DNA of 26,483 nt from a virus (Duplodnaviria > Heunggongvirae > Uroviricota > Caudoviricetes). The stretch is from the IMG/VR virus record IMGVR_UViG_3300020042_002824; one strand, written 5' to 3'. The notes below the pieces were generated by a model, which was not told where the DNA came from, ran no database searches, and saw only the letters and a list, made by a program, of their open reading frames with translations. The translations under genes were made by a program, and so were the position numbers. How positions within the stretch are numbered: position 1 is the stretch's first letter; every line of letters starts with the position of its first letter. Shown one piece after another: positions 17,251 through 24,828 of the stretch.

Positions 17251-17854
17251 TTTGAAGGGGCATGTCCCTGATAGCATATTAGATAAGATACCTGAGGTGA
17301 TGGAGAAGTTTCAGATAAACACCCCAGTGCGCCTTGCTCATTTCCTAGCACAAACAGGACATGAGAGTGGTGGATTTAGAGCATTCCAAGAAAACCTTAA
17401 CTATGGTGCTAAAGGATTAACAAACACATTTAAAAAGTATTTTAAGCGTGCTGATGGAACAATTGATGAACCTAAAGCACTAGCCTATGCTAAGAAGCCT
17501 GAGAAGATTGCAAATCTTGTATATGGTGGACGTATGGGTAATGGTCCTGAAGCATCAGGAGATGGTTATAAGTTTCGTGGAAGAGGAGCAATACAACTGA
17601 CTGGTAAAGATAACTACACAGCATTCTTTAAATCAATAGGACTAGGACCTGATGCAGATCCTAATCTAGTTGGTACACAGTATGCGCTGTTATCTGCAGC
17701 TTGGTTCTGGAGCAAGAATGGATTAAATAAAATAGCAGATGAAGGAGCTACAGATGCTGTAGTGACTAAGATTACCAAGCGTGTAAATGGTGGTACTATT
17801 GGTCTTGCAGATCGCATCAAACACTTCAAAGAATATCATTCATCATTAGTTTAA
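17237..17854 (+). CDS. Glycoside hydrolase family 19 endolysin
   Basis: LAHFLAQTGHESGGF..FQENLNY; FRGRGAIQLTGKDNY; SAAWFW; ITKRVNGG.IGLADR. Confidence 0.93.
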   Translation: MTLNNLKGHVPDSILDKIPEVMEKFQINTPVRLAHFLAQTGHESGGFRAFQENLNYGAKGLTNTFKKYFKRADGTIDEPKALAYAKKPEKIANLVYGGRMGNGPEASGDGYKFRGRGAIQLTGKDNYTAFFKSIGLGPDADPNLVGTQYALLSAAWFWSKNGLNKIADEGATDAVVTKITKRVNGGTIGLADRIKHFKEYHSSLV

Positions 17855-17872
17855 CATTTAAAAACAACCAAC

Positions 17873-17995
17873 ATGGCAAAGGTAAAAGCAGACAGCAGGA
17901 AGATTAGCTTTGGCAAACGCAAGGGTGGCAAGGCTAAAAAAACTTCTGGTCCTAAAGACAAAGCTGTCAAGAAGTATAGAGGACAAGGAAAATAA
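17873..17995 (+). CDS. Small basic protein ending KKYRGQGK (40 aa; absent from the ORF track)
   Basis: MAKVKADSRKISFGKRKGGKAKKTSGPKDKAVKKYRGQGK with an A-rich leader; fills the gap exactly. Confidence 0.75.
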   Translation: MAKVKADSRKISFGKRKGGKAKKTSGPKDKAVKKYRGQGK

Positions 17996-18003
17996 AAAAT
18001 ATT

Positions 18004-18648
18004 ATGGGGGCAAAACTATCGCAAATTGGAACATACATAGGGCAAAAACTATTTTTGTTTTTTCTCTATGGTGCTCTGATATTCATCTTATGTGGCCTAG
18101 GTGCACAGGTCTTTTTCTTATACCTGGAGTTTACAAACCAGCATGAGAAGATTCAAAACATTGTCAATCAACTTACATGGAAGTTTGATGGCAGATTTAA
18201 AAATAGTCCAGGTAACATTTATTACGAGCAGTCTAACAAGATTAGCATTGGAGCTGTCACTAACAAAGTGAAGATAGGTGCTCTTGCTGGTAATAGAAAC
18301 CTGGAGTTTGGTGTTAAGAATATAATAGAAGAAGTGTTGCAAGACATGGACTATGCTATTGATCCATCAGCTAGTTTACAAATCACAGCAGACATTGTAT
18401 ATCTGGATGTTCTAAAGAACAGTTCCCAGGTGTCTGTATTTCATAAAGAAAAAGAATCAGTAGTCATTAGACTATCTGGAACATTACTTAAAGATGGTAA
18501 AGTTATTAAAAAAGCTTTTGCAGAGGAGTCTGCAGCTGAAACAAGTATGTCCACTCTACTAATAGATGAGGGTGGCAAGTTTAACCAACAGAATTTGTCT
18601 AGTGCTTTGAAGAAAGCTTCTAACTCATTGGTAAACAAACTGTTATGA
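18004..18648 (+). CDS. Membrane-anchored CsgG/TolB-N-like protein, paralogue of 21962-22681
   Basis: N-terminal TM segment. Shares GVKNIIEEVL / GVANISMEYL and KFNQQNLSSALKKAS / KFNQSTISIATKKAL with the CsgG-like ORF. Confidence 0.5.
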   Translation: MGAKLSQIGTYIGQKLFLFFLYGALIFILCGLGAQVFFLYLEFTNQHEKIQNIVNQLTWKFDGRFKNSPGNIYYEQSNKISIGAVTNKVKIGALAGNRNLEFGVKNIIEEVLQDMDYAIDPSASLQITADIVYLDVLKNSSQVSVFHKEKESVVIRLSGTLLKDGKVIKKAFAEESAAETSMSTLLIDEGGKFNQQNLSSALKKASNSLVNKLL

Positions 18649-20345
18649 TGAAAAAGTTATTATTTTTTGTCACACTTTTTACAATATTTGTGAAACATTC
18701 TTATGGACAAAACCCTGAGTTAAAGCTCAGTCCTAATGTTATTACAACTAACATTAGTGGTGGGTCTATTAAGAAAGGAGACACTGTACAAGTGTCTTTA
18801 ATATATAAAGCAGCTGCAGGTAAACCTGTACGTTCTTTCTATTTGGATTTCCAACATCAGATTACAGCTATCAATATGTTAGACTTAACATTTGGTAATG
18901 CTGTTCCTCAGGGTGGACAAACATCTTATCAGAACACATACTATCCTGGCTACTTCCTAAACAGAACTCCACAAAACTCTACAGAATCTAGTCAACAAAA
19001 CTCTAACAATCTAAGTTATGGATATAGTCAGACTAGTGGTAGAGCCATCAATCGCATATGGGCTGTATCAAGTGTAGACTTAGTAGATGGTCTGTTCTGC
19101 AACATTAGATTTAAAGTGGAGCAGGTGGCTGCAGGGTTTGCATATGACTCTATCTATTACAACTTTGCACAAGCATACAGTGGTAACTATGGAGGAACCT
19201 ATTATGATACAAAGATGCCTAAACCTAACTCAGCTTGGGTAGGACTTACACCAGTGGCTAATGCACTTGTTAATGGTGAAATAAAACTAAATAATAATTT
19301 AACAACTGGCTATCAACCTCAAGTGTTGTTTATTGACTCAGCTACAAACATTGTAAAAGCTACTGTCACTCCAGCTGCTAATGGTACATTCACTCTTGGT
19401 AGTGAGCTAACACCTAATACAGCTTATAAGATCTTATTGAATGTTAAATCAGATAGCATCCCAGCCATATTGAATAGAGCAATTACAGTGAGTGATTACA
19501 CAGCTGCAGCTACAGAGTTTGTAAAGCAAAATCTAAATGGTACATTCAGTAATAGTAACATTGCTTCTGGTATTGGATTCTTAGCAGCTGATGTTAATGA
19601 TAACAGAGTGTTTGATGGTGGTGATGTAACAGCATTGTTTGCACAAGCTGTAGGAGCTGACACAATCTTTGCTGCACAGCAAGGACAAACATTATGGAAC
19701 GTTCCTGCTTTCTTAAGCAACACATATGACACGCTATCTGCTACCTCTTGGAGAAATGTAACAGACAAATATACAATCAACTTCAGGACTAGTGATGTAG
19801 CTAGACCATTAAGTATTAGCTATCTAATCCCTGGAGACATCAATAGATCACACAGTTCACTTAGAACACAAGCTCCAACAGTAACTACATTTGCTACAGG
19901 GTTTGTTAATACACCTAATGAAAACTTACCTGCTGTAGATGTTAGCTTAAACAACTTAACACTGACTAGTAATGAATTCACTATTCCAGTGAGTGTAAAT
20001 ACAAATAAGGCTGAGCTATCAGCATTACAGTTTGAGTTTGTATATGATCCAACTAAAGTGAAATTTGAATCTATCAAAGCAGACATGCCTACGTGGATTG
20101 TATTTGTAAACAATCACAATGGACGTATTAAGTTTGGTGCTGTAGATAGAGAAATGAAAACTCCATACACAGGAAAAGATCTTGTTCCTTTCAAGCTTGT
20201 CTTCTCTACATTACAAAGTGGCTTGGATATCAACTCAGCTATTAAGGTGACAGCTAACATGGATGCATCAAACATGGCTGGTAAACAACTAGGTGTAAAC
20301 CTAAACACAACAACTATTAAATTAACAGGCTATAATAATTTCTAA
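18645..20345 (+). CDS. Exported protein with cohesin-like and dockerin/EF-hand-like domains
   Basis: Signal peptide MMKKLLFFVTLFTIFVKHSYG|Q. Ca-binding-like DVNDNRVFDGGDV and GDINRS. C-terminal LSALQFEFVYDPTKVKFESI is a cohesin-type pattern. Confidence 0.65.
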   Translation: MMKKLLFFVTLFTIFVKHSYGQNPELKLSPNVITTNISGGSIKKGDTVQVSLIYKAAAGKPVRSFYLDFQHQITAINMLDLTFGNAVPQGGQTSYQNTYYPGYFLNRTPQNSTESSQQNSNNLSYGYSQTSGRAINRIWAVSSVDLVDGLFCNIRFKVEQVAAGFAYDSIYYNFAQAYSGNYGGTYYDTKMPKPNSAWVGLTPVANALVNGEIKLNNNLTTGYQPQVLFIDSATNIVKATVTPAANGTFTLGSELTPNTAYKILLNVKSDSIPAILNRAITVSDYTAAATEFVKQNLNGTFSNSNIASGIGFLAADVNDNRVFDGGDVTALFAQAVGADTIFAAQQGQTLWNVPAFLSNTYDTLSATSWRNVTDKYTINFRTSDVARPLSISYLIPGDINRSHSSLRTQAPTVTTFATGFVNTPNENLPAVDVSLNNLTLTSNEFTIPVSVNTNKAELSALQFEFVYDPTKVKFESIKADMPTWIVFVNNHNGRIKFGAVDREMKTPYTGKDLVPFKLVFSTLQSGLDINSAIKVTANMDASNMAGKQLGVNLNTTTIKLTGYNNF

Positions 20346-20722
20346 TGAAAGAACTAAGAATATTACTAGGGCTATACATATTAATCATTGTTACAGTGAT
20401 TGCTTGTACAAAGATTGATGTTCCTGCTCCTCAGGTGATTGACCTAGGTAAGCAGTCTACATCCACATCTATTGTTAATCTATCTACAGTGTTAATTAAA
20501 GATAAGGTGGACGTAACAATGAACCTTACACCAGGAGCTAAATACTCCTTGATGTTAATTGATTTAAACAATGATGTTAAAAAGTCTACAGGCTTCACAG
20601 CTGATAACACATTGGTTATCAAAACATTAGACTACTCAGATGTTAAAACTGGAGATTACACTCTTGAATTAATTGACATCTCTGGTAAAGAATATAAAAG
20701 ATTAATAACTATAAAACATTAA
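20345..20722 (+). CDS. Lipoprotein resembling a stand-alone T9SS C-terminal sorting (CTD) domain
   Basis: Lipobox-like VIA|C after a hydrophobic leader; YSLMLIDL...LDYSDVKTGDYTLELID...KRLITIK follows the type-A CTD pattern. Confidence 0.5.
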   Translation: MKELRILLGLYILIIVTVIACTKIDVPAPQVIDLGKQSTSTSIVNLSTVLIKDKVDVTMNLTPGAKYSLMLIDLNNDVKKSTGFTADNTLVIKTLDYSDVKTGDYTLELIDISGKEYKRLITIKH

Positions 20723-20726
20723 TAAC

Positions 20727-21029
20727 ATGTCAGAAGAACAAGCAGGTGGTGGCACCTCTATAAAAAACATTCTAATTGGATTAGTAAGTACAGTTACACT
20801 AGGTGTAGGTGGTTGGTTTACAACCAAACTAACTGGTGGTGATGAGAAAGAAGCTGCTCCTGCAGCTGCTGCTCCAGTAATTAATATCACCAATTCTAAC
20901 CAACAAGCTCAACAAGCTGGTGGTGGTAAGACAATTGTCATCAAAGAAAAGGAAGTTGCAGCTAAACCTGCACCTGCTACTAAGAAAAAAGATGGTGATG
21001 AGTTTAAAGAAGAAGCTCCAAAGTGGTAA
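20727..21029 (+). CDS. Single-TM protein with Ala/Pro/Gln- and Lys-rich linkers
   Basis: ILIGLVSTVTLGVGGWF followed by low-complexity sequence. Confidence 0.75.
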   Translation: MSEEQAGGGTSIKNILIGLVSTVTLGVGGWFTTKLTGGDEKEAAPAAAAPVINITNSNQQAQQAGGGKTIVIKEKEVAAKPAPATKKKDGDEFKEEAPKW

Positions 21030-21030
21030 T

Positions 21031-21168
21031 ATGGCAAACGCACAAAAGAAACCAAAGGCTCAGAGATCTAGAAGATCTGGTATAAAGAAAGCTGAGCTAA
21101 TCAAATCAAATCAACAAGTAATATCAAACGTATGGACTTATTTAAATCAAAACCAACTGAAGAAGTGA
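21031..21168 (+). CDS. Small basic protein (45 aa)
   Basis: MANAQKKPKAQRSRRSGIKKAEL... starts 1 nt after the upstream stop. The track's 20920 start is probably wrong. Overlaps the next gene by 37 nt. Confidence 0.5.
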   Translation: MANAQKKPKAQRSRRSGIKKAELIKSNQQVISNVWTYLNQNQLKK

Positions 21169-21722
21169 AAAAAGAAGCTACAGGTTTTCGTGAACTCTTA
21201 GCAAACATGATGGCAAGAAGGTGGTACATCACTGCCTTGGTGCTTGGGTCATTCATGCTTATCATTGGTGGTATATTTGTAGCTGTTAACTATAACGCTA
21301 CAATGCCTGCTGAATGGAAGGAGTTGTTGTTCTTAATGCTAGGTGCCTTCATTGGTTCTTATGGAAAGATTATAGACTACTGGTTCAGTGATACAGACAA
21401 AGACAAGATGCTCGTACAAAAGATGGACGAGGAGGATGGCACAACGCTGTCTCACACCAATGACATGAAAGAGAGTAACAAACCAGTTGCTCCTACAGTT
21501 CCTGATGCATTTGTCAAAGCTGCAGAGCGTGCTTCAGAAATGGCTATCGTAGAGAACAAACAAGAATATGAGTTAAAGAAAGACCAGCAAGAGCATGAGC
21601 AAGAGATGGAGAAGCTTGAGTTTTTACATCATGAGCACAAACAATGTGAGCATGTATTTGCTGATGTAGATCATGATGGAGACTATGAATGTATCCACTG
21701 TGGTAAGATAAAAGATTTCTAA
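21132..21722 (+). CDS. Two-TM membrane protein with a C-terminal His/Cys metal-binding tail
   Basis: TM helices (WYITALVLGSFMLIIGGIFVAV; ELLFLMLGAFIGSY); tail HHEHKQCEHVFADVDHDGDYECIHCG. Confidence 0.7.
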   Translation: MDLFKSKPTEEVKKEATGFRELLANMMARRWYITALVLGSFMLIIGGIFVAVNYNATMPAEWKELLFLMLGAFIGSYGKIIDYWFSDTDKDKMLVQKMDEEDGTTLSHTNDMKESNKPVAPTVPDAFVKAAERASEMAIVENKQEYELKKDQQEHEQEMEKLEFLHHEHKQCEHVFADVDHDGDYECIHCGKIKDF

Positions 21723-21746
21723 CTTAATTTAATAACATGGACACTC

Positions 21747-21965
21747 ATGACCAAAAGAAAAACAATCAAGAGACTGACATATCTGAAAGACATGAGCCTA
21801 ATGCTAGCCATGTTCTTTCTTCCATTTGGGTACGACTTTTTGTTCAAGACTATAATGAACGCTACAGGTTCTTTCTGGGTAGCAGACATTATTTTCTATT
21901 GTATCTCAGGGTCATTTTTTCTGTCTTATATTTTATTATTGAAGCATTTAAATAAGCATAAATGA
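21747..21965 (+). CDS. Small two-TM membrane protein
   Basis: LMLAMFFLPFGYD...FWVADIIFYCISGSFFLSYILLL; ATGA-coupled to the next gene. Confidence 0.7.
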   Translation: MTKRKTIKRLTYLKDMSLMLAMFFLPFGYDFLFKTIMNATGSFWVADIIFYCISGSFFLSYILLLKHLNKHK

Positions 21966-22681
21966 AGAAGTTACTACTTGTCCTTGTAACATTTTTATAT
22001 ATAAATTTGTTACAAGCTCAACTAGCCAAAACCTCTACAGAGCAATACAAGGCTAGCTTTGAGAAGGCTATAGATATTTCGAGCTTTCTAGATTATGATG
22101 GACCTCAAATCCCTATTCAGATCTTGAAGTGTGGCATCAATGATGAGATGTATGAGCTATATCCTGAGCTAAAAGAAAAGCGTGTGGGCCTAGGGGTGGC
22201 TAACATATCTATGGAATACTTGGAGAACCTAAACAGATTCAAATTTACAGAAGACAAAACAGAGATTAAGAACAGAATGGTGAAGCAGTTTCAGGCTTCC
22301 CAAGCTGGCATATCTGAGAATAAGTTAGATGGACGTGGTAAGATTAATCTAGCTAAATACTTTGTAACTATTGAATGTTATGATTATAGTATATCAGAAG
22401 ATGAAACTATTAGCCTTAAGGATGGTACAAAACAACTTATGGTTACGAGGATTGGTTTACAAGTTAGATTCACAGATGCTGAAACTGGTGTGGTGTTCTC
22501 AGGCTCTGGGCTTGGTGATGCAAAGACAACTAAAGAGACTGCTGGGATAACTTCAGACGCTGCTTTAGATCCTGTTAAGTTTAATCAATCCACTATATCT
22601 ATAGCAACTAAGAAGGCCCTGGACATAGCTTGTGCTAGGATCTTGGACAGGATGGTGAAGAAAGGAATCTTCACTAAGTAA
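21962..22681 (+). CDS. CsgG/HfaB-family-like exported protein
   Basis: Signal peptide. LGVANISMEYLENLNRF...A.YFVT...YDYS...IGLQVRFTDAETG.V...G.G and a terminal helix IATKKALD follow the CsgG-family layout. Confidence 0.7.
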   Translation: MKKLLLVLVTFLYINLLQAQLAKTSTEQYKASFEKAIDISSFLDYDGPQIPIQILKCGINDEMYELYPELKEKRVGLGVANISMEYLENLNRFKFTEDKTEIKNRMVKQFQASQAGISENKLDGRGKINLAKYFVTIECYDYSISEDETISLKDGTKQLMVTRIGLQVRFTDAETGVVFSGSGLGDAKTTKETAGITSDAALDPVKFNQSTISIATKKALDIACARILDRMVKKGIFTK

Positions 22682-23907
22682 TGAAGCAGTTTATTTTTAT
22701 TCTATTAGTGGTAGTCTTACTACCAATATTTGGGTATTCTCAAACTATCATACAGACGTTTACAGATCCTTGTACAAAGGTGACAACTACATTCACTATA
22801 CCTATTACAGGTAGTACAACGTTGGTATTTTACAACAAATCTAAAACATTCACATCAGCTGATGTACAATCTGGTGCTCTCCAAGCATGGTTGAATCAGG
22901 TGTATGAAGAATATAGAAAACTCAGTCCTTGCTCTGTAGCACAAGCAACACAAACTTCCACACAGATAACAGCTGCTGCTGTGAGCTCAGCTGTTGGGAG
23001 TGCTGTTAGTTCAGCTGCCAGTTCTGCTGTAGGGGCTGCTACATCTTCAGCTGCCAGTAGTGCAGCAAGTGGTGCTAGTTCTGCCGCAGCAAGTTCAGCT
23101 AGTTCTTCTAGTAGTTCTTCTAGCAACAGTTCAGAATCAAGTAGCAGTTCTGAAAGCTCATCTAGCTCAGAAAGTAGTTCTGAATCCAAATCTGAAAGCA
23201 AGGGGGGAGGGGGTAAGGGAGGTGGTAAATCTGGTGGAAAGAGCCAAGCTAAGATGAACCCCATACTCTTCAACTCTGATCTTACAGGAGGACAAACATT
23301 AGATGGTTCTGTCAACCTTGTGGTTACATCAGGTATATCTCAAAGCTCTATGGCAGGAGATGCTAGCTGGGGAGTTACAGGAATGGTCTGGAGCAACCTT
23401 AAACAGTTTGCTATAAGTGGACGCTATACCAAGATGAACTTTGATGGTGGTAAACTACAGAACATATCTAACTATGGTGGCACTGTAGCTTATGCTTTTG
23501 GTAATGTGTTTGGGTTTGTAACATATGCCAAAATCTTTCCTCTAGGAAAGTGGGGAGTTACAGGTGTCAACGCTACAATAAGTGTAGCTTCTGCAGACTA
23601 CAAAGATGATGAGAAACAATACACAACTACACACTCTTTATTATTCTTCTATACAAAACCATTCACCATCAATAGAAAAATAACACTATCTCCTGATATA
23701 TACATCTCTGGTAGCCCTGTTACATATGGCACCAAAGATGGTCAGTTCATAGTGAGTGATGACATGATGTTCCTAACAGGATGCAGCATGGACTACTCAA
23801 TTACAAAGAGATTCAAGTTTAACACAGGACTAAGAACTAGCCTTAGCACCAATCCAGAGATGCCCATCTTGGTCTTTGCTGTGATAGGAAGCAAGTTAAA
23901 TTTATAA
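22681..23907 (+). CDS. Exported protein: small N-terminal domain, Ser/Ala-rich linker, probable outer-membrane beta-barrel
   Basis: Signal peptide; S/A/E/G low-complexity tract at about 22966-23244; amphipathic beta-strands ending FAVIGSKLNL. Confidence 0.6.
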   Translation: MKQFIFILLVVVLLPIFGYSQTIIQTFTDPCTKVTTTFTIPITGSTTLVFYNKSKTFTSADVQSGALQAWLNQVYEEYRKLSPCSVAQATQTSTQITAAAVSSAVGSAVSSAASSAVGAATSSAASSAASGASSAAASSASSSSSSSSNSSESSSSSESSSSSESSSESKSESKGGGGKGGGKSGGKSQAKMNPILFNSDLTGGQTLDGSVNLVVTSGISQSSMAGDASWGVTGMVWSNLKQFAISGRYTKMNFDGGKLQNISNYGGTVAYAFGNVFGFVTYAKIFPLGKWGVTGVNATISVASADYKDDEKQYTTTHSLLFFYTKPFTINRKITLSPDIYISGSPVTYGTKDGQFIVSDDMMFLTGCSMDYSITKRFKFNTGLRTSLSTNPEMPILVFAVIGSKLNL

Positions 23908-23963
23908 CTAAAAAAGTTAAAACACTTATAACTAATTTAGTTATTGTAAATTATTGATCCTCA

Positions 23964-23993
23964 TTGTTAATAGTAAAAAGTAACATATCTTTG
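23964..23993 (+). promoter_or_regulatory. Bacteroidota housekeeping-sigma promoter for the fibre/decoration genes
   Basis: TTG at 23964-23966, 19-nt spacer, TATCTTTG at 23986-23993; the ATG follows at 24014. CTCA precedes the TTG, as at 11900. Confidence 0.8.
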
Positions 23994-24013
23994 AAAATTA
24001 ATTTTATTTAATC

Positions 24014-24673
24014 ATGGCTATACCTTCAAGGCCTATAGGACAAGGTCCACAGGCAGAATTACTCTGGAACATTTCTAAGCAGATGGACCAGCTTATTTGC
24101 GCTACTTGTGGTATGACTGGTCCAGAAGGTCCACAGGGTCCTCCAGGTCCTGCTGGTGGTAGTGGTGGTCTCTTTGCTCAGACAGCAAACAGCACTATAA
24201 TCACTAACACCACTGTAGAAACTAGTCTTATTAATGGTGGTGTAGGTACACTCACTGTACCAGCTAATGGGTTCTCTGTAGGAGATAGCTTTAGAGCTGT
24301 ATTTGGTGGTATGATGAACGCTAACAATAATCAAACTATTAGAATTAGAGTGAGAGCAGGATCTGTTCTTCTTCTAGATAGTGGTTTACAGAATCTAGGT
24401 AGTAGTGTTATAAATGATGTGTGGTCTTTAAATATTGATTTTACAATTAGACAACTTGGAACTGCTGGTGTAGCATCTATTGTAGCACTAGGTAGTTTCC
24501 ATTATACAAAAACTAACAACGCTTCTGTTCAAGGATTTGGATTTAACGTAGTGAACAACACAACATTTGATACAACAATTTCTAATACATTAGATGTAAC
24601 AGCTCAATGGGGTGCTGCATCTACAGGAAACAACATATACAGCGATATTTTTATATTGAATAAAACTTATTAA
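24014..24673 (+). CDS. Virion fibre/decoration protein with a short collagen-like stretch and a beta-sandwich head
   Basis: GPEGPQGPPGPAG (Gly-X-Y) after a conserved N-terminal module; beta-rich C-terminus. Confidence 0.65.
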   Translation: MAIPSRPIGQGPQAELLWNISKQMDQLICATCGMTGPEGPQGPPGPAGGSGGLFAQTANSTIITNTTVETSLINGGVGTLTVPANGFSVGDSFRAVFGGMMNANNNQTIRIRVRAGSVLLLDSGLQNLGSSVINDVWSLNIDFTIRQLGTAGVASIVALGSFHYTKTNNASVQGFGFNVVNNTTFDTTISNTLDVTAQWGAASTGNNIYSDIFILNKTY

Positions 24674-24675
24674 AA

Positions 24676-24819
24676 ATGGCAATACCAAGTAGACCAATAG
24701 GTCAGGGACCAGAGGCAGAGTTATTGTGGAACATATCATTCCAAATGGAACAATTAATCCGTGCTGTGAGTGCGTTAGCACCTGAAACAACCACAACAAC
24801 CACTACTCCTGCTCCTTAA
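24676..24819 (+). CDS. 47-aa paralogue of the 24014 N-terminus with a poly-Thr tail (absent from the ORF track)
   Basis: MAIPSRPIGQGPEAELLWNISFQMEQLIRAVSALAPETTTTTTTPAP. Confidence 0.85.
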   Translation: MAIPSRPIGQGPEAELLWNISFQMEQLIRAVSALAPETTTTTTTPAP

Positions 24820-24828
24820 TATAATAAA

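Noticed and set aside
21737-21955. Alternative 72-aa ORF overlapping 21747-21965
   Set aside because: The other frame gives a clean two-TM protein that is ATGA-coupled to the next gene.
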